Below are positions 39,061 through 50,840 of a DNA stretch of 64,000 nt, piece after piece. Location of the stretch: NCBI GenBank assembly GCA_024704765.1, contig JAKMXF010000305.1:408778-472777 (forward strand), read 5' to 3'. A program made the position numbers and the translations under genes. Numbering within the stretch: the first letter of the stretch is position 1; the number at the start of each line of letters is the position of its first letter. The stretch comes from Oopsacas minuta (Eukaryota > Animalia > Porifera). The notes beneath the pieces were generated by a model. The model did not search any database. It had not been told where the DNA came from and worked only from the letters and a program-made list of their open reading frames with translations.

Positions 39061-42000
39061 GTATGAATTGAAAGTGGATTCGATATACAAAAGTACAGTT
39101 GAAGGTCTCGTGGAACTAAAAAAGGAACATAAAATACTATATGCGCCGTACTCACCAGAAAACGTGCTAAGATAAATCTAACTTTTGTTATAGCAATTGA
39201 TTATTACACATCAAGCACGTGTTCCGATGAGACGGAAATAATTTAAATAGGAAGAAAGAAAGTTACATTTTGAAATATTGATTCTACTTGAAGTAATGAA
39301 ACTATTTGGTTCCATTGAAGGAGGGTCGAAACGAAAGTATGATTCTAAATGTGGAGAAAATAATACAATGGTGATATAGGAAAGAATTTAGATACCTTTT
39401 TCCTCGAATAGTAGGTAGCTCTTCTTCGAATAATCGCCCCCTGAAAGAACCTCGAAATATATAATAGTTCCGGAGTACTATTCGAGAAAAACTGTATATT
39501 GAAAATGGACAACAAACCTAAGCCAATAAGACTTGTATTAGAGTTTGGAATTGTAGAATCGTGGAAGATTTTTGATGAAAGTGATAAAAATAAAAGAGTT
39601 TGTTAATGAACGGATGAAATATAAGATAATATTGATACAAATACCAAAGGACTATTTCAAGAGGTTTATACTTCAGCAACAGTGTTTTGGATTTCAAATG
39701 GGGAAGTTATCATGTGAATATGTATATTATTAGAATGATTTCATGGTACATCTAACATTAGTTGATTAAGTCATTGAAATTTAGCAAATAATTCCGAATT
39801 ATTCATTTCTACTAGACATTTAAACTTTGATTATTATTCAATCTATTTAGGAATATATGGAAAGTAAATACTAAGGCATTAATTGAAAGTATATTCTGAT
39901 CTCTTGAGTAATTCATAATGAGTCAACTGAGATCAAACAGTTGATATTGCAGTAATCTATATGCGTTACTATAGTTAGAATGGATTAGAATGTTTCATTA
40001 AATTTGTGTGCTTAGTACAAATCTAATAGAGACTCGATTCTAACAAGCCAGTTTTCAAATGTAAATATCTCAAAAAGTTTTGCTTATTTTACCATAATAT
40101 TTTAAACACATAAACGTCCATACAGCAGGAATACATGCCCATGATTTTAGAAAAAATAATTTGTTTAAGTATACTAAATTCATATGTGAACTACTGCTGG
40201 TTAGATACACCAATTTCTATTAGAAAATATTAAAGTTTATAAAGTATAAATATATTTTCAGAAACGTCCGTATCTCTTCTTTCGAATGGCCTAAAAATAT
40301 TTACATTCTGACTATGGGAAGTTGGTCAAATTAACGATTGAAGTACTGCTGTTCGAATCTTCAGCCAACTTCACACTCGTGGTGATGCTCGCCCATGGAA
40401 ACTGAACTAAGATGTATTCATACGTTTCTTTACACAATTCTTCCATTTTGCTACAATTAATTAAGTTACTGCTGTTCACAAGTCGTAACACCACGAATAG
40501 ATTAGTCTGGATCTTCTCTAATAAGGGTTTATCAGATAGATTAATCGAGGAAGTCGCCCATTTTAAAAAGTCTCGCTTATCTAAAAAGCAATCACGTGCA
40601 ATGTTCCCAGTAGTTGATGTACCGCCCTGACTTGAAGGAATATCTAACAAAGAAACTACACTTCTCTAGAAGAATTGCTCGAATCCGCCTCATAGATGTA
40701 TTTATTTTGTGATTAGATGGTGACCATACCTTGTGACCCGCATCAAGATGGTATATTAATAACATATATCACCGGAATACACATAGGTACGCATGCAAAG
40801 GGGAGGCAGCAATTATATTGATGTCAGATGTGGGTTTGTGAGTTATACCCAAGCGTTGTTTGGATGGGAGTTTGAAGAAGTCATCCTCATTAACTTCATC
40901 AAAGAGTTGCCAAGCATCGCTAATTAACCTGTTTATGGGGAATCCAGAACGAACCCAGTCAATGCTTTTAATTTCTTCGTCGGATGCAGTGCATAGTTGA
41001 CAAGAAGCTCCTCCAGCACCATCTAACAGTCCAGCCATTTTGGTGTCAAAGAGAGAACGAACTATATCAACTTGTATATGTCCTCCTATTAGGGATAATC
41101 CGTTCACCAATATTTGGTCGGTTTGGGGATTGACAATTTTATCCATAATAAAATGAACATTATTATAATCCTCTTTCAAAGCTATCAACGCAACCTGTCT
41201 GAAACAAAAGGAGGAGTTAGGAGAATGGTTGTAGAAGACATTGTTTCCAAGTGTATCAGCTATTGATAATATTTTGAATCCAAATAAGATGAAACATTTA
41301 GTACACAAAACAGGGTTATTATTTTGTTGGTTATAGGTGCGATGAGACCCCGAACCAACTAATCCATCTGATATCTTGACAGTGAGCGGATATTGTGAAA
41401 TAGAAATTGGCACTAACGTTGAAATCAAGCGTTCGACTGTAAGCTTTAGTATCGAATGATAGGAGATACAAGTTCCAATTGAGAAACCTTCAGGATCATG
41501 GACTATCTCAATCTCATCAATCAAAGTTATTTCTCTACGATATCTAGAGACAAGCTCATAGGATGGTAATTTAACTTGAAATTCAAGGACTTTTTTTAAT
41601 TTTTATATTTGCTCGCTCCAATCTCTAAACAGTCCAACAGAAAGGCAGATTTATCGATTGGCGCTTTGTGCAAGATTCCACTAAAAGAACCCTTGTTGAT
41701 GATCTCCTTACACACTTGTGAAGTATCTCGATCGTAAGAATTGTTAGATATTAATTCTAAAGCCAGAGCAGCTAGTTGTTTAGGCTCAACATTTTCTCTT
41801 TCACTAAGAAATGAATATGGCCTAAAAGAATGCTCAGTCTAGATCTGGAAATTTGAAGATTGCAATCAAGTAAATGCTTTCTGGAATCATGGATAATTTC
41901 TTCAGAGAAATTCCGACTTTCAGAAATAGAAACTTTACGAAGAGGTTCTAATCCAGGATCAAGTGAAATTCTCTTCTTTCTCGGAATGGAAGTTGATAGA

Positions 42001-43001
42001 GGTGCAGTATATGAATGGAAGGTCAAATTCTCCCAGGTCTCAAGATCACTCTTCTTCCGGTAATACTCTCTGGATGATATAAGGGACTTGAACTTATATA
42101 GAATAGTATCATGTTCTTCCTGTGAAATATTATATTATCAATAAGATACTGCGCAGTGGCTTTAGGGCTTTTGCCCATTGAAATATAGCTAACATATGCT
42201 TCTTTGTTGGTCACAACAGAGGCCATTACTTCACTAGGAGCTATTATTAGACTGAAAAGATTAAAATTATTTTCGTGCATCATCTAAATTTACAGGAGGG
42301 CAAGAATATATAGAATTTACTTGAATTTCAAAGAAATTCTAAAATACATTTTCCGATTTTTGTCCGGTCCAAGCATTGATGTACTCAAAAATATATTTGT
42401 GCACCCCGGGTGTACGTCTGAAAATTGGTGTATAATTTCAAAAATATAAGCGCTATAAGCGATTAACAATAAATTATCGTCCTCTTTTGTCACCTGATAG
42501 ATGCAGCTCTCCAAACACTTTATTAAAACTAAAATATTTCACTCCCGGCTAAAACTAGACAGCCAACAAAACTTTTTTGAACCAATGATACTTATAATAA
42601 TTGCATAAACTGATCTAATATAAGAAATACGTCAAATTGATGATTAACTACAAACGTTATATAGTATATATTTGAAAGAAAATTGTTGCCAAGGTAGTTA
42701 GGTATTTACTATTGCGGTTAGCTATTTAAAATAATCTAAATTATGCTTTCTTTAGCTCGGTGTAATCCAAATTCTTATGGGTCATACATACTATCATCAA
42801 TATTTTCCTACTAATTCGACGATGGAGATTCATAAAACGTAGTTAAATTCGTAATTGAAATTTTACCTAATACGCCATATCGGCACACTGTGCGTGGCTC
42901 CACTAGATATTTGGATAGTGCTTCTATAGTAACTTTGTTGACAACTTTGATTATCTTTATTAGATGGCCCGTCAAATATTGACCAGTGTAGATGATGATC
43001 C

Positions 43002-43367
43002 TCAAGTTTTGGAGATTCAACATTTGTGCGCGGTTACCATGCTTACATGGACACCTGGAATCCAGTACTAGGTCAAGAATTTATATTGAAGCCAGAGCCA
43101 AGTAACTACAAAGACAAATATGCAGTTGCAGTTTTTAAAGATGACATAATTGTAGGACACGTACCCTATAATCTAGCACCACGCCTTTCACAATTTTTGA
43201 GAAGAGAAGTAAATAAAGGACTTGCTGAGGTTATGGGAGAGAAAGAAAACAGAGGAGCAGGTTACGGACTAGAAATCCCATGTGTGTACCACCTTTATGG
43301 ACCCAAAGTTTACATTGACAAGTTGAAAGAATTGTTGAAAGACTCGAAAGACATGGGACTTGTATAG
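43002..43367 (+). CDS. HIRAN-like domain ORF carried by the pogo element (no in-frame ATG visible)
   Basis: FVRGYHAY..W.PVLGQE..LKPEPSNYKDKYAVAV....VGHVP...GLEIPC matches the HIRAN pattern (L..EP.N..D..AV.V....GY/HVP). Open for about 120 codons. Confidence 0.7.
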   Translation, partial: SSFGDSTFVRGYHAYMDTWNPVLGQEFILKPEPSNYKDKYAVAVFKDDIIVGHVPYNLAPRLSQFLRREVNKGLAEVMGEKENRGAGYGLEIPCVYHLYGPKVYIDKLKELLKDSKDMGLV

Positions 43368-44137
43368 CACTCATATTATTATGTAAATTTTGGGATATCC
43401 ATGAAAATTATCAGTCGCAATTTCTGGTTTTCCGTTCTTGGGGGATAATTTTGTATTAAGACACGTCATTCGCGACCAGTTCCCTGTCCGTTGTTCGGAA
43501 TTCGGAGTTGTCCGTTCCTCGGGAGACTGCTTAAGTATTACATGAATGACAAATTCAATCCGTGCCATGAGATTTGTCCGTTGTAGTGGTTGTCCGCTTC
43601 TCGGAGTGTCCGTTTTGGGAGACTCCACTGTAGTCTTGACCGCTATTGATTATCCTGGGATTTGATGTTATATGACCATATTTGGAAGAAGATTTCTCTA
43701 GCAACGCAGGAATGTAAATTTTATTCTCAAATTTGTCCTAATCCCTTCGACCCCTCGTTCGGCGCCGCAATGTGAGCTGAGACTAATTATACACATATCG
43801 AGCATCTGAATGATCTCCAAACATAATTTATGGACATCCTTCCTATACCTCAATATTACTCATAAAAACAGGATGGCATCGTCTCTTTATGTAAGTAAAC
43901 TTTGCTCAAATTGAATTTATATTCTACAGTGAAGATCGTGGCACATGTCCCAAGTGTTTACCCCAATATATGTGAAATATCGTTGAGTCGAATAGTTTGC
44001 TGTCTGCAGGTTATGATTAATCACCGGAAGATAACTGTTTGCATGAGGATGAAGGATACTACACAACCTCTCTCGATTGTGCAAAGCGGATGGATTTGAT
44101 ATTTTGACAAAATGACATACTAATGTATTATTGAATT

Positions 44138-44199
<62 letters not shown>
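44138..44199. repeat. (ATC)n microsatellite, about 20 units
   Basis: Uninterrupted ATC/CAT run. Confidence 0.97.
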
Positions 44200-46431
44200 A
44201 GTGATATCTTTCCTGTTTTGTAGGTTCATCAGTATTAAACATTTCATTCGTCATGAGTTTACTTCTATCAGTTCTCATTCGAAATTATTCGAATGTGAAA
44301 ATTATACTAAGAGATGATGACGCAAGCATCAGGTAAAACAACAAATATTATCAAAATTAAAGGTCCGAATTGATTGGGAAATAGGTTTTACGCAGAATAC
44401 ATGATCTGACACCTTTAAATATCAATATCAAGTTTTATAGCTTACGTATAATAAGGAAAAAAGAAATGCTGCGGTATTATCACTTCAGAGGTGTAAAAAC
44501 CATCAACTTGCAGAGGGATGTTGTGTGAGTAAATTACCAACGGAAAGTTTATATACCTCTATTACTGGTACCATGGATTAGCATAATCAGGAGGAAATTA
44601 CAACCTTAATTAAATACAAGGTAGTATCTAGGAGCCTGGACGCTCCTCTAGGCGTATGATCTTTGACTATATTATATTGAGGAGCATAAAATTGAGGATC
44701 TTTCTTTATACTGTAACACTAATGTACTGATTTAGGCGTATGAAAATTTGACAGGGGGAGCGAGACGTAATGTAATTCAATGATAATGATTTTGAGAGTT
44801 AATTTGAGGATCTATCCCTATAAGGTGACATTTATTTACAGATTTAGGCGTAAAAATTCAGGAGTAGCGGAAGGAGCGTGTTCGGAATACACTACATAAG
44901 CCCCTGCATGAAATGATATATCGATACTGGTATACAAAAACTGCTATTATTGGTATGGAGTGGGAAGTAAGATTTCCAAAATTTCAATTTAGGGCTTGAA
45001 CTGTGATCGGCGGACCGCGTCCACTTATACCAAGAAAGTGAATCTCAGAATGTCGTTTGATTGTTAGAATATAGTAAATATTGGGTAGAAAGGACTTTGT
45101 TGAATTTATCTAATTGGTTATGTAGTTAGTTCGCACTCAATAATTGCAAGCAAGTTGTCACCCATTAAATGGAAGTAATGTATTAATGCTATGAAAATTC
45201 AAATTTGACATGAAAATCAAAACTAAGAAACATGAATGAGACTGTATGAAGTGCAAATGATATTGTATAGGAAGATTGAAGAAAGTAAACCTAAACATTT
45301 AGAGAGGTCCAGATATTTACTCTGAAGAGAGGAAAATTATCAGGAAATTTTTGAACTTTAAATCTATTGCCAAATCACGTTCTTACCTCTGAAAATCAAT
45401 AAAGTAGATCCTGCTTAATATTACACCTCTCGTACATGAGTGTTCTATCACCCTACTGGTGTTATTTTATAATCCGGGAAGTAAGCTACCTGCTTAATGT
45501 CATACTTCTAGTGCAAATGTGACATTATCCGGGATAATCTGGGAATCCTATTAATCTAAGTAGTATGTAAGTCCAATGTACGTTTCCAGTACTAAAGGCA
45601 ATACATGTACGTAGACACAACTATGTACAATGAGTTTGTTCACACTTTTCACAAAGGTACAATATATTTCTACAGTTAACCTTCAAACGGCAGCCGTATT
45701 CACAAAGCGTACCTAAGTCGTATTCACTAAGATTGTATTCACTAAAGTTAAGTACATACTTAAGTAAAGAACTTAAGCAAGCTTCGAGGTTAGTTAAGTT
45801 GTTGAATTTGTGTTCGTTGATCCTACACTGAGAGATTAACAACATTGATGTAGTTTAACCTAAAACATGTCTGGAAAGGATATTTCATTGCTGCCTGAAT
45901 AAGCTCCTACATTTAGGCTTTGAAATTGTCAACTTGTGTTCGAGTTCTAACTACAGGGTGCAAAGAAATTGATGTCCTCTTAGATCATTATGTTCAATTA
46001 ATAGTACGACAAATTCTCCAATTGATCTTTTAATCTTTAACAACTCAATTCTAATATGAATTGTTGTGAAGGTGTACATCTGCAAACGTTTTATAGAGAG
46101 TCATTGATTCTATTCAACAATACTGGGAGAATTATCGAGCTACTGAAATATTCTAGCAAAGCATGTCTGAAGAATTCACTGTAAATTCCGTCCCAGCTCA
46201 CAAACCTAAATACAGATATTTATGGTTAAATACTACTATGCTGCAATCTGAGTGAAATATGTATGGTTTGGTAACGTTCCAGAAGAAAAAGAGTATGAAA
46301 ACTTGTTATAATACAATTGTGAGCTATCATCAATAAAAATAGGTAATATAAATAAAAATCCGAATCCCAAAGTATCTCCTTCTAAAAAGTTTCAACTTAT
46401 TGGTGTAAATTTTTGTATAAGTTATCGATAA

Positions 46432-49362
46432 CACTGCTCAACAAAAATTTCATTGCATTTCTACCAACACTTGTTTTCACCCAATTTTGGGGCGTTGAAT
46501 CCGAATCCGACATTATCTTTTTTCCGCAAGCTCTAGATTTTTGCAAATCGAGATTATAAATTTTTTTGCACAAAATTCAAATTTTTTGAAAAAGTGACAT
46601 GATTTGTCAAATGATGTTCTGCTTACAGTTGAATAACTAGCCTCAAAACAAAAATAGGTGCCAAAAAACTTTTATGTTGCCAATAAAAAGTGTATTTGTA
46701 GACAGATAGGCAACAAATGTTTCAAAAAATGTAAAAACAAGTTTTGCTGGTAATATGCATGTAAAAAATGATTTTTTTACAGAATGACATAGAAAAGAAC
46801 GATGTCAATCTACACTAGTAACTTAAAGCGATCAATAACAAGATGCAAAAGATTAAATATTCTACAACTCTGGACAAAATTTCCTCTTATAACCTCTGCG
46901 TTTGTACGCTTTGTGAGGACAGTCACGTTTAATGCCCCAACAATAGTCTGCCAACATATGCCGATCCCATCGACCTTGGTAGCGTTCTTCCATTGTCATG
47001 AGATCCTGGTGGAAACGCTCTCCCTGTTCGTCACTGACAGCCCCAAGGTTTTCAGGGAGTTTGTCCAAGTGACTGTACAGAAAATGTACTTTTGTGCTCA
47101 TGTTGCATCCTAAATCACGAAACCTTGAGAGCATCTTGGATACAAGCATTCATAGTTTGGAGCCTTTCTGTTACCAAGAAAGTTCTGTATAACATCCACA
47201 AAAGATAGCCATGCAGCTTTTTCCTTGACATTCATTTTCTGAATGAAGTTTTTGTCGCGAATAAGTGTACCTATCTGTGGTCCAACAAATACTCCTGCTT
47301 TGATTTACCATATGACAAAGCAGGGAAAGTATACACAAGATGAAGAAAGGCTTCATTGTCAGGATTTAGGCCTTTAACGAACTGTTTCATCAGACCTAGC
47401 TTGATGTGCAGGGGTGGAAAAACAATTTTGTCTCTGCTTACGATCGGGTTGTGTGTTACGTTAGGCATGCCAGCTTGAAATGTTTCACATAAGGGCCACT
47501 CCTTCTGTGTCCAATGTTTTTCACGTGCTCTGCTGTCCCACATACACAGATAACATGGAAATTTAGTGTATCCTTTTTGCTGACCTAGCAGAAAACTAAC
47601 CATTTTGAGGTCAACACAAATGATCCAGTTGTGATCATGATATCCGAGTAAATCCATAACAATTCTAATGTCATCATGCTGTTCCTTCAAGACAGTGGAG
47701 TGACCAACTGGAACAGCTCCATAAACATTTCCATTGTGTAAAAGAACACACTTGAGGCTGCTCTTGGAACTGTCCAAAAACAATCATCATTCTCCTGGAT
47801 CATATCAGGAGATACCCAGTTGTCCGAAAAGACCAGGAATATCGTTGCAATATACCAGCTTATTTTCCACTGAAAAATAGGGTAGAAGTTCTTCTCTTTT
47901 TCGAAAAAAGGAAACCCTTACAGATCGATCCAGCACCTGTTTTTCTTTGAGCCTGGAGGCTAAGAGCTCAGCTGCTTGCTTGGGCAGATCCAAATCACGT
48001 ACTAAGTCCTTCAGTTCTGATTGATTAAACTGCTGGACAGTTACTCTGGTTTCACAAGAAGAATCTTCAGATTCTGATTCTGTGTCTGTTTTTTGATATT
48101 CCATTTCTACGATCTCTTTCCTTTCCAATTCAGTTTCTTCATCATTAGGAAAAGCAAAACCACTAAAGACCGGAGGAGGAAGTCTATCAGAGTGCGGGAC
48201 AGGTCGTATAGCTGATGGTATACTAGGATAAGAAAGCCTTTGCCGGCTCTTCTTGCCAACACCTTTTGTATTGACCATGCATAAGTAGCAGTCAGTGGTG
48301 TGGTCTTGGGGTTCACGCCACACCATTGGAATGGCAAAAGGCAGACCCTTCCGCTTTCCTTTTGTCCAGTCTCGGAGCTTTTCTTCGCAGTTATGGCACA
48401 CAATATGAGGAGACCATTTCTTATCTTGATCACCAAGAGGGATACCAAAGAATGCTATGTAGGCACGCTTCACAAACGATGTTATATTTCGTCCTTGAAG
48501 CGAAAGCGTGTACGCACCACAGATGTAACAAAATGAATCAGGGATATTTTTGCATTTATGTCTACTAGAAGAAGCCATGATCAAATCTGAAGAGTTAAGA
48601 ATCGAATAAAGTCTGTTGATGTATATGTAACTTAACACAAACAAACTGAATAACAAACCTTGCTTCTAATTAAGGCCCAGCAGACGAGCGGAAAAATAAA
48701 GCTTAAATGCCTATTCTGCTGCATCTATCCACAATACTTCTCCACAATCAAGTTTTCTAACTTTGTAATATTTCTTGTATCTCGTGGAGTGACTAACTGC
48801 GAATGTATAACGAAATGGTCGACAGGCGTTAACGCAGGTGGACAATAAAACAGGAATGCAGTATGGTGATAAAACTTGATAACGTGGGGCTTTCAACAGG
48901 AAACTTCGGGATGATAAGCACAACTCATTGCGAACTTCTTCAACTGCGCTTAAACAGCAATCGGCTACAACTTGAAAGCTTCTATCTGAGATACTGGTAC
49001 CATGCTATAGACAAAGCACAAACAAATAGCCTTAACTTTGAAAACCTGTTGAGTAATCAGGCCTGCAAAATACTCATTTACCACGTGCTCATCATTCAGC
49101 TATGACTAACAAATGTTCACAATGGATCCAGATGATGCATACAAAAAGAAAAATGGCTTGATAGATAAAAAAGTATTTGGTAGAGATCAGATTTATGTAC
49201 AAAATAAGTACCACAAACGAAAAAATTTAAATTGTCGATTGCATGAAAACTAGAGCATGCAGAAAGAAATTGATTGCAGATTTGAAATCAGCATCCCAAA
49301 ATTATACAAAATCAGTTAAAAATCTCATGCAATAAAAAATGAAAAAAAATTGTTGAGCAGTG
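46432..49362 (-). mobile_element. Chapaev3-type transposon, copy 2
   Basis: Same TIRs as 6112-8835, TSD TAA (46429-46431 / 49363-49365), and high similarity to copy 1 along most of its length. Confidence 0.92.
46862..48578 (-). pseudogene. Chapaev3 transposase, copy 2 (stops at 47805-47807 and 47784-47789, later frameshift)
   Basis: Same motifs as copy 1, split over ORFs 47805-48656, 47271-47783 and 46862-47149. Confidence 0.9.
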
Positions 49363-49674
49363 TAATGTACCAGAATCATTCATGTAAACAAAACTTGAAG
49401 ATCTGATAAATATAAACAGTTTTAGGACATAAATTTCTTGACATCCTGCATGTAGATTACCAATCAACTCTGTCCATAAAATAACTGATAAAGTATATAT
49501 GTGACAATTGGGATAATAATTTAGAATATGTGCACCCAAAAGTTCACAAATTCAATGGAATTCTTGCAAAATGAAATGGTAACTAGAAATTAACAAGTAA
49601 AAGATAATGAAATGATTCTTGCATGAAATACAAGAGAACATAAATTCTAGTATATACAAATATATTCATAAGCT

Positions 49675-50270
49675 TCAAGATCGAGTCTCATAATGGCCAG
49701 ATTTTGAAATATACCGTACCCATTTCACTACGTCATGATCAGAGTAATTTAACTTAGATTCAAAAACCTTGAGGTAGCGTACTTTCAAACCAGAACAAGC
49801 AAAAGGAACTTCGAAATTCATTGATATTGGCGGTTTGATGCCCTGTTTGATTTTCTTTTCAGAAATGGGTAGTAATTCAATGTCTGCGCTCAGCTGTGAT
49901 TCCCTCCCTCCAGTCATCTTCTTCAATTTCCACAAAATTGAACATTCTCCCTTTTTATGCTTAGGTTTACCTTTATTCGCAGTTAGCTTTACGTCTGACG
50001 TATTTGGAGGAATTGGTATGCGAACTTCTATACTCTGGGCTTGTAGAGTTGCTTTGAACATCGCTTTTATAATTACTCTGATTTCCATATGATTCTTTAC
50101 TGTTTCTCGAACCAAAGGAATTATGCGAAAAGGTAGAGTAATCTCTTTGGTTGTTCTATACTTCATGAGCTCAAATTCGCCATCTGGAGGAATAAAACTA
50201 ATACTACGGTCTGATTCGAACTTGGAAAGTTTGACACAGTGGTGAAATTGACAGTCATCAATAGCAATTC
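49675..50270 (-). CDS. AP2M1: Terminal coding exon of AP-2 complex subunit mu (mu-homology domain)
   Basis: [38 protein letters not shown]...[49 protein letters not shown] is the conserved mu2 C-terminus. The acceptor TATTCTGTAG| lies at 50271, exactly where similarity begins. Confidence 0.92.
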
Positions 50271-50355
50271 CTACAGAATAATAAGTAATTATCATTGTGT
50301 AAAGTCGATCCAAGTATTTAGAATGAATATTCAGGAAAGTAAGATCAACCATATA

Positions 50356-50840
50356 AAGTAGAAGCCGCTTAATCGGGACTCGGATAATCGGGATTTCCGC
50401 TTAAACAGGACAATGGTTTGAGAGCAGATATTTTATATAGAAAAATTTGTTGGATAATTGGGACATCGAATCGGTTAATCGGGATTTTTATCTCGATTAA
50501 CTGAATATGAAAAGGATATTCGCTTAAGTGGGATTTCGTCCCAGTTAAACGATTGTATATGTATTCAGAATCATTGAAATATGGTTTGTTTTTAAACTAG
50601 GAATTGTAATATTATACAACCATAATAAAATACAAGACCGATTCGATTACAATTTACAAACTAAGATTATTAACTTTGCTCACTCACTATACAAATCAGG
50701 ATATAGTAGTAGTGTAACAAGATATTTCTGGTTATAAGCTGAGACCATGAAACTAGTTTTGAATACTTAAATAAATCATAATCGGTTAATCGGGACAAAA
50801 AATTGACTCCCGAGCTGTCCCGATTAAGCGGCTTCAACTG
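50356..50840. mobile_element. Tigger-like MITE in the AP2M1 intron
   Basis: TIR (C/A)AGT(T/A)GAAGCCGCTTAATCGGGAC at both ends, TA flanks, and repeated TTAATCGGGA submotifs. Confidence 0.8.

Larger units (their letters stand above)
34741..40380 (-). mobile_element. NOF/FB-type Mutator (MULE) element with 449-bp TIRs
   Basis: TIRs 34741-35189 and 39932-40380 (one mismatch noticed by eye). 9-bp TSD GGTGATGTT (34732-34740) / GGTGATGCT (40381-40389). Confidence 0.9.
34414..42226 (-). pseudogene. Transib/RAG1-core-like transposase (roughly 700 codons when rejoined), interrupted by a Mutator at FPWASIT|PSLHK
   Basis: KISDGLVGSGSH, SLFDTKM, SCQLC, SPLHAY, GGTSTTGNIARDCF, FPW..ITPSLHKLLSH, LSEECLEACNKFVRRYRENLARK...RLLCYSDP correspond to the DDE, C2H2 zinc and C-terminal motifs of Transib/RAG1. 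Stops and frameshifts are present. Confidence 0.88.
34015..42892 (-). mobile_element. Transib (RAG1-core-related) transposon with RSS-heptamer termini
   Basis: Both ends begin CACAGTGTGCC. 5-bp TSD TGTGG (34010-34014) / CGTGG (42893-42897). An internal RAG1-core-like transposase is present. Confidence 0.9.
30595..43630 (-). mobile_element. pogo/Tigger element (about 2.8 kb when nested insertions are removed) with a divergent HIRAN-like ORF
   Basis: TA-flanked ends CAGTGGAGTATCCGAACAACGGAC and reverse complement CAGTGGAGTCTCCCAA-AACGGAC (imperfect). The subterminal motif TTGTCCGTTGTAG..TTGTCCGCTTCTCGGAG is present at both ends. The nested Transib and mariner have their own TSDs, so the flanks rejoin. 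Confidence 0.65.

Noticed and set aside
34741-40380. Inversion breakpoints or Transib TIRs as the explanation for the 449-bp inverted repeat
   Set aside because: A 9-bp TSD flanks the pair, the Transib ORF rejoins in frame across it, and a MULE transposase lies inside.
34015-42892. A RAG2-like partner gene (ProtoRAG arrangement)
   Set aside because: After removing the Mutator only about 3.2 kb remains, mostly filled by the single transposase; no kelch-like or PHD ORF is visible.
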